From assembly GCA_038254805.1 (NCBI GenBank), contig JBBSFW010000001.1, positions 36,662 through 100,661 of the forward strand: a DNA stretch of 64,000 nt, read 5' to 3'. This DNA is from Terriglobales bacterium (lineage in GTDB: Bacteria; Acidobacteriota; Terriglobia; Terriglobales; Acidobacteriaceae). Each line of letters starts with the position of its first letter. The first letter of the stretch is position 1. Shown in pieces: positions 59,901-64,000 of the stretch. Made by a program: the position numbers and the translations under genes. Under the pieces are notes generated by a model that was given only the letters and a program-made list of their open reading frames with translations, ran no database searches and had not been told where the DNA came from.

Positions 59901-60036
59901 CGTTCTTCGTTTCGATATCGGCGCTCACCTGAACGAGGTCAAGCTTCTTCTGAGCGCTGACCTGAACCAGATTCAATTTGTCCTTCTTCCCAGGACAAAC
60001 TTCCTCGCGCTTGACGTTTTGGTTTTCTTCGCTCAT
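56977..60036 (-). CDS. actB: alternative complex III subunit ActB (Tat-exported molybdopterin-oxidoreductase-like + 4Fe-4S domains)
   Basis: Tat motif SRRGFLKLMG. A large MopB-like region is followed by ferredoxin-like cysteine clusters (CVGCNNCIIAC, CMQCENAPC, CNRCVGTRYCSNNCP, CTYC). Confidence 0.9.
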   Translation of the reverse strand: MSEENQNVKREEVCPGKKDKLNLVQVSAQKKLDLVQVSADIETKNGPEFWRSLEELAGSTDFREMMHREFPKGASEWLDAVSRRGFLKLMGSSMALAGMTACTKQPLEPIVPYVRQPEELVPGRPLFYSSAFTLGGYATPLLVTSHMYRPTKIEGNDQHPASQGGTEIYSQASILGMYDPDRSQNVLYLGEISTWAALMGALQGPLNSQQAVKGAGIRILSQSFSSPTLADQMQLVLKRFPEARWHFYEPVNRDNVYAGAQTAFGHPVETQYKLDAADVIVSLDADFLSAGFPGTTRYARDFAKRRDPDSEKMNRLYVIESTPGATGAKADHRIPLRAADIEGFARTLAGALGAGIAGSAPSGEAGKYVAGLVKELQANRGAGVIIAGDHQPPVVHALAHAMNAALGNAGKTVFYTDPVLANTASQNESLKELAGDMRKGKVDLLVILGGNPVYDAPADFGFADALKSSNIPLRIHLGLYNDETAELCHWHVNEAHYLEAWGDTRAHDGTVSIVQPLIAPLYDGKSAHELTALFAGQSQASGHEVIQNYWKSKHPGADFDTWWRKSLHDGWIEGSSFQAKQVSAKATNVPAAGNGDQNAIEINFRRDPSIYDGRFANNAWLQELPKPLSKMTWDNPLQMGPKMAGRTGVKSGDMVKVELNGKSLELPVWIQAGHPDNSVTAFLGYGRKNAGRAGTAAGFDVYPLRYSATPWTAGGVKITKLGGTFILASTQGYQTMDTGEEQRPVVRTKNLEEYKKEANFDEDAPKPNETLYPPYDYQSQPYAWGMAIDLNSCVGCNNCIIACQSENNIPVVGKDQVHRGRHMHWLRVDAYYQGDRDNPKAYFQPVPCMQCENAPCELVCPVGATVHSTEGLNDMIYNRCVGTRYCSNNCPYKVRRFNFFLFQDWETPQFKMMRNPDVTVRSRGVMEKCTYCVQRINHKRIDSERENRRIAGSELQTACQQSCPANAIVFGNINDPGSMVSKWKAKSRNYGLLDDLNTRPRTTYLAEIRNPNPELEKSS
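59921..59976 (-). repeat. imperfect 33-bp tandem duplication inside the actB 5' coding region
   Basis: Plus strand gcgctCacctgaacGagGtcaa (59921) and gcgctGacctgaacCagAttcaa (59954), with a 33-nt period. They encode LNLVQVSAQKK / LDLVQVSAD upstream of the Tat motif. Confidence 0.6.
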
Positions 60037-60246
60037 CTATATTTCGGCTGTGCTTCTGCCATCTTTGCGGGACTCGACTCTGCCGTGTGAGCGACCCGGC
60101 ACTTCCGTGCCAGGCTTTCACATTCCGCCCCTGCGGGGCTGGATTCAGCCAAACAACAACTAACAGCCAACCACGACCAACTACCAACCAACAAGTGCTA
60201 AGAAACCAAAGCTAGCAGCTACAGGCCGGATGGCTAAAAGCTGCTT

Positions 60247-60942
60247 TTACCGATGACACGTCGAGCAACTCGTAATATCCATCACCGAGCGCAGGTTGTA
60301 CTTCTTCACTAGCGTCTTTCCAAGCGCAAGCTGATCGTGATAAGCAACGCCGTCCACCACCACTGGCAGGTCCCTCGTCGGCTGCTGGTAGCGCATGTTA
60401 AATACCTGTTCGCGCGGGCGCAGGTTTTTCTCGGGCGCGCGATGGCAGTCAATGCACCACTCCATCTGCAAAGACGCGTAGTTATACATCAACGGCATCT
60501 GATCGACAGGGCCATGGCAACTATTACAACCCACGCCTTTGTTGATGTGGATGCTGTGGTCGAAGTAAACAAAGTCGGGGAGATCATTCACCCGGTTCCA
60601 AACCAGCGACTTGCCGCTGCGGAAGCTCTCACGCACCGGCTCCAGCAGCGGGGCCGCGGTCCAGATTTGCGAGTGGCAGTTCATGCAGGTTTTGGTGGGA
60701 GGGATTCCGGCAAAGCTCGACGTTTCAACCGACGTATGACAATAGCGGCAATCGATTCCCAGGGCCGCCACGTGATGTTGATGGCTGAAAGGAGCTGGCT
60801 GCGGGCGGGCGGTCCCCGCATACGTCACATAAGGCGAACGCTGAAATTGAATACACGCCCACAGCACCCCAGCCAAAGTAAATATCCCCGCGTAAATGGA
60901 TACGCGGGAAATAACGTTAGCGCTGCGATGGAAAATCTGCAT
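60247..60942 (-). CDS. actA: alternative complex III subunit ActA (pentaheme cytochrome c)
   Basis: N-terminal TM and five CxxCH motifs (CRYCH, CMNCH, CNSCH, CIDCH, CSTCH). Confidence 0.9.
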   Translation of the reverse strand: MQIFHRSANVISRVSIYAGIFTLAGVLWACIQFQRSPYVTYAGTARPQPAPFSHQHHVAALGIDCRYCHTSVETSSFAGIPPTKTCMNCHSQIWTAAPLLEPVRESFRSGKSLVWNRVNDLPDFVYFDHSIHINKGVGCNSCHGPVDQMPLMYNYASLQMEWCIDCHRAPEKNLRPREQVFNMRYQQPTRDLPVVVDGVAYHDQLALGKTLVKKYNLRSVMDITSCSTCHR

Positions 60943-61028
60943 CGATCAGAATTTTTTCTTTACAGCGGGATATGTCAGTTCAACTCGAGACGCATTCGAT
61001 TCTTGCAGCTTGGCTTTGAAAACTGGTG

Positions 61029-61037
61029 ATTATAACA
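61029..61037 (-). promoter_or_regulatory. candidate extended -10 element (TGTTATAAT) for the act-cox operon
   Basis: The minus-strand sequence TGTTATAAT lies 87 nt upstream of the actA ATG, in a 160-bp AT-richer spacer. No convincing -35 element. Confidence 0.25.
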
Positions 61038-61102
61038 GTTCGCGAGTTCAGGAAATCATCTTTCTCCATTTCTAGCCAAAAGAAATTCCCGCGAACAAAA
61101 AC

Positions 61103-62548
61103 TTACCGCAGATTCATAACCAGCAGCCTGGGTTCTGTCATTTCTTCTATCGCGTAGCGCAAACCTTCGCGTCCCAAGCCTGAGTCTTTCACCCCGCCAT
61201 AGGGCATCTGATCAATGCGAAAACTTGGCACGTCTCCCGCGATCAAGCCTCCAACTTCCAGCTCTTCGTAAGCCTGAAAAATCCGCCCGGCGTCGCGAGT
61301 GAAAATTCCAGCCTGCAAACCGTAGGGCGATTCGTTGATCTGCCGCAGCGCCTGCGAAAAATCGTTGTACGGCTCAACCGTGACTACGGGGGCAAATATC
61401 TCCTGGCAATTCACCTTCATGTCGGCCCGGGTTCCGGTCAGCACGGCCGGTTCAAGAATCGATCCGTGGCGTTTCCCGCCGGTAAGCAGAGTTGCTCCAT
61501 CCTGCACCGCGGCCTGCACCCATTCCGTTGCGCGGACCGCGTCACTCTCCCGGATCAGAGGCCCCAGATCGGTGGTCTCGTCCATGGGGTCTCCCACCTT
61601 CAGCTTGCTTACGCCGGAGAGCAGCAGGTCGGTGAATTTTTGGAATGCCGGACGCTCCACCAGAATGCGCTGCACGGAAATACAGGTTTGACCGGCGTAG
61701 CCGAATCCGCCGGTCACGCAGCGTTCCGCCGCCCATGAAATGTCAGCATCGCCGTGCACGATCACGCCTGCATTGCCCCCCAGTTCGAGCACAACTTTCT
61801 TCTTTCCGGCGCGACGCTTGATCTCCCACCCCACCGGTGCGCTGCCGGTGAAGCTGATCAGCTTGATACGGTCATCGGTAATCAGCAGGCCGGCATCTTC
61901 GTTAGAAAGTGGCAGCACGTTGAAAGCGCCAGCCGGCAGGCCTGCCTGTTCGACGGCCTCCGCCAGAAGGAAGGAACTGAGGGGGGTCTGCGGGGCGGGC
62001 TTAAGAATGATCGGGCAACCGCTCGCAATCGCCGGTGCCACCTTATGCGCGACCAGATTCAGGGGAAAGTTGAAAGGAGTGATTCCGGCGATCGGTCCCA
62101 GCGGAAAACGCTTCACGATTCCCCAGCGTCCGGTCGTGTATTGCTGCCAGTCGAGCGATAAGTACTCGCCTGGGATTCGCGTGCTCTCCTCCGCCGCGAC
62201 CGTGAATGTGAAAATGGAGCGTTCGATTTCCGTCCGGGCAGCTTTGAGCGGTTTGCCGGCTTCCTGGGCAAGAGTGCGCGCGAACTCCTCTTTTCTCGAG
62301 GCAATGTTCTGGGCGATCGACCGCAGAACGCGCTGTCGCTCGAACGCCGGCAGCTTGCGGGTTGTCCCAAATGCCCGGACCGCAGACTCAATCGCCCGTT
62401 CCGCGTGATCGCGTGTTGCCTCGAATACCTGAGCGATCGGACTGGAATCGTAAGGCGCGCGAATCTCGACCGGCTTTCCCTCCTTCATCCACTTACCTTG
62501 CAGGTAGAAGCCTTGTGTTCGGACTGAGGTAGTTGTCATCTGCGCCAT
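61103..62548 (-). CDS. aldehyde dehydrogenase family protein
   Basis: FNFPLNL...KPAPQTP...ELGGNAG...GQTCIS are ALDH catalytic Glu/Cys motifs. The ATG at 62548 has GGAGG 7 nt upstream. Confidence 0.85.
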   Translation of the reverse strand: MAQMTTTSVRTQGFYLQGKWMKEGKPVEIRAPYDSSPIAQVFEATRDHAERAIESAVRAFGTTRKLPAFERQRVLRSIAQNIASRKEEFARTLAQEAGKPLKAARTEIERSIFTFTVAAEESTRIPGEYLSLDWQQYTTGRWGIVKRFPLGPIAGITPFNFPLNLVAHKVAPAIASGCPIILKPAPQTPLSSFLLAEAVEQAGLPAGAFNVLPLSNEDAGLLITDDRIKLISFTGSAPVGWEIKRRAGKKKVVLELGGNAGVIVHGDADISWAAERCVTGGFGYAGQTCISVQRILVERPAFQKFTDLLLSGVSKLKVGDPMDETTDLGPLIRESDAVRATEWVQAAVQDGATLLTGGKRHGSILEPAVLTGTRADMKVNCQEIFAPVVTVEPYNDFSQALRQINESPYGLQAGIFTRDAGRIFQAYEELEVGGLIAGDVPSFRIDQMPYGGVKDSGLGREGLRYAIEEMTEPRLLVMNLR

Positions 62549-62567
62549 TGCCGGCCTCCGGGCAGAA

Positions 62568-62873
62568 ATGATTATAGGCAAGCGCCGTAGAATGCGCGAA
62601 GCAAGTCAGGATAAGATGGCCTGCAAACCGATGGCTGTACAAACAATTGCAGAAACTTCGGAACTGGTTCGCTTACGGGAAATCTCCTTCGTCGAACTAA
62701 AAGGCGAGTGCAGGGGCCGCGTCGCGCGATTGAATACGGCCGTGAACGCCTTCACCCTTAGCGTCGCACACGCGGCGATTCTGCCCGATGCCATCACCGG
62801 CGCCGGCCGGAAATATCGGAAGGGGGTGCTCGGCAACCGCGGCGGCCTTGTCGCGGCGACCGGACCGGCATGA
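62568..62873 (+). pseudogene. possible N-terminal remnant of an amidase (GatA-like) gene
   Basis: TIAETSELVRLREISFVELKGECRGRVARLNTAVNAFT resembles amidase N-termini (sa.ela..ir.gevS..El......ri...n..lNAf). The Ser-Ser-Lys catalytic body is absent, and the ORF ends after 101 aa. Confidence 0.3.
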
Positions 62874-63292
62874 ACTCAGAAGACCGCAGTGACGTCCGAA
62901 AAACACGAATCCTGGTACTGCTGGTGATTGCCAGCAACGTGCTGGGAAACGTCTCCTTGAGCCGCGGGATGCACGAAGTCGGAAGAATTGTCTCAGCCTC
63001 TCCGCTGGCCTACCTAAAGGCATTCGCCAATCCTTGGACGATTCTGGGAATCTGCATACTTGTGATCTGGATGGTCACCGACCTGGCTCTTCTGAGCCGG
63101 GCCGATTTGAGCTTTGTTTTGCCGGTGACGGCCAGCGCATACGTTTTTGTGTCCGTAGCAGGACACTTCTTCCTGCACGATCACATTTCATGGAAACGAT
63201 GGGTGGGCATTGTCCTGATCACGGGAGGGGTGATTCTCGCCGAAGAGACGCCTTCGCGCACAACTAAGGGCCCGCCGGAGCCTTCCTCATGA
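62870..63292 (+). CDS. EamA-like (DMT superfamily) half-size membrane protein
   Basis: 140 aa with about 4 TMs. ATGA overlap with the next gene. Confidence 0.55.
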   Translation: MNSEDRSDVRKTRILVLLVIASNVLGNVSLSRGMHEVGRIVSASPLAYLKAFANPWTILGICILVIWMVTDLALLSRADLSFVLPVTASAYVFVSVAGHFFLHDHISWKRWVGIVLITGGVILAEETPSRTTKGPPEPSS

Positions 63293-63651
63293 AGTGGACC
63301 CTGGTCGCCATTATCGCCCTCTGCAACACACTCGGCGACGTGCTGAATACCGCAGGCATGAAGCGACAGGGTGAAGTTGAAGACCTGCGGCCTCGAACTC
63401 TGGGAAAGATGGTCAAGCGGATTTTTAAGAATCCGCTCGTACTCGGCGGCTTCGCGGCCTTAGCTGTGTCGTTTTTCGCACTGCTGTCACTGCTATCATT
63501 CACCACGGTCAGCTATGCGGTACCCGCCACGGCCATCAGCTATCTGCTGGAGACGTTGCTGGCGAAATATATCCTTGGAGAAGACGTACGCTGGCGGCGC
63601 TGGGCGGCCGCCAGCCTGGTCGCGGTAGGGGTGGTGTTGCTCTCGTTTTGA
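63289..63651 (+). CDS. EamA-like (DMT superfamily) half-size membrane protein
   Basis: 120 aa with about 4 TMs, paired with the preceding gene. Confidence 0.55.
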   Translation: MKWTLVAIIALCNTLGDVLNTAGMKRQGEVEDLRPRTLGKMVKRIFKNPLVLGGFAALAVSFFALLSLLSFTTVSYAVPATAISYLLETLLAKYILGEDVRWRRWAAASLVAVGVVLLSF

Positions 63652-63751
63652 AAACCAGATGGAGAACTGGCGTGGATCAGTACGCCGCTCACTGCTGTTG
63701 CATCTTCGCTGACGAACTAGCCCAGCTGAAAAGAACCAAATGAAGGGCAGC

Positions 63752-64000
63752 TCACGAATTGAATGTCCACTCCACGCCCGAATCCATTTTGTCGGTGGTC
63801 CGAAGTCCCCACGCGATTCGAGGAGTGTTGTGCGCAATTCCGAACCGGCCCTCCGAATCCAGAAGGATGATTCCGCCATGGCCATTGACCCGGGTTTTCA
63901 GGTAATTCATAGCCTCGGCGGCCACCCATTGCGGCATGTTGCCCGAGGCGACACGGTCGGCCGCCCACTTGGCTAAAACCAGTTTCATAATCGGCTCGCC
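63752..64000 (-). CDS. isoaspartyl peptidase/L-asparaginase (Ntn asparaginase_2 family), C-terminal part; 5' end outside the window
   Basis: ...GHGGIILLDSEGRFGIAHNTPRIAWG... matches the family's C-terminal beta-subunit. The reading frame is open to the window edge. Confidence 0.6.
   Translation of the reverse strand, partial: GEPIMKLVLAKWAADRVASGNMPQWVAAEAMNYLKTRVNGHGGIILLDSEGRFGIAHNTPRIAWGLRTTDKMDSGVEWTFNS

Noticed and set aside
60337-61029. 230-aa ORF on the plus strand
   Set aside because: It lies antisense to the pentaheme actA gene.
61740-62408. 222-aa ORF on the plus strand
   Set aside because: It lies antisense to the aldehyde dehydrogenase gene.
1-64000. CRISPR arrays, tRNA/rRNA genes, IS elements or prophage genes
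   Set aside because: I scanned intergenic regions of 80 bp or more. I found no direct-repeat/spacer periodicity, no tRNA T-arm-like GGTTCGAATCC-type motifs, no conserved RNase P/SRP/tmRNA cores that I can recognise, and no transposase or integrase translations.

Overview
64-kb chromosomal segment with about 55 protein-coding genes. I found no rRNA, tRNA, CRISPR array, transposase or integrase by eye. Gene content suggests an Acidobacteriota-like Gram-negative aerobe; this is an inference from the ACIII + caa3 oxidase supercluster, a PEGA-domain Ser/Thr kinase, MacB/FtsX-type ABC systems and many GTGA/ATGA-coupled genes. Layout: (1) 1-7463, an exopolysaccharide/O-antigen-type locus (Wzz/GumC tail, degenerate BY-kinase-like domain, priming polyprenyl-phosphate sugar transferase, Wzy-like polymerase, three GT4 modules). 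It is unusually rich in frameshifts and in-frame stops. (2) 7480-13839, a 1168-aa GH18-like + CE4 deacetylase + processive GT2 fusion protein. A tryptophanase gene starts 1 nt after its stop, and a GT-C glycosyltransferase is transcribed divergently. (3) 14-21 kb, housekeeping genes (LolA-like, serS, pyrD, msrA, MBL hydrolase, hbd). (4) A secreted Tyr/Gly/Asp/Arg-rich protein, a PEGA Ser/Thr kinase and a Na+/solute symporter. (5) A MacAB-like ABC efflux set. (6) A peptide-catabolism neighbourhood: S9A prolyl oligopeptidase broken in a homopolymer, amidohydrolase, M20 peptidase, OPT transporter. (7) comF-HNH, yggS, an ABC-2 exporter and an NTP_transf_5 gene with an in-frame TAG. (8) A YdiJ-like FAD/Fe-S oxidoreductase. 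(9) 48.0-60.9 kb, a 13-gene respiratory supercluster on the minus strand (actABCDEF, unknown membrane protein, SCO, caa3 oxidase subunits II-I-III-IV). (10) Aldehyde dehydrogenase, an amidase remnant, a pair of half-size EamA transporters and a partial isoaspartyl peptidase. The most interesting items are the tri-domain polysaccharide synthase coupled to tnaA, the concentrated decay of the EPS locus, the homopolymer-broken peptidase, the NTP_transf_5/ABC-2 remnant and the structured 210-bp spacer inside the act operon. All calls come from reading the translations; no database search was possible.
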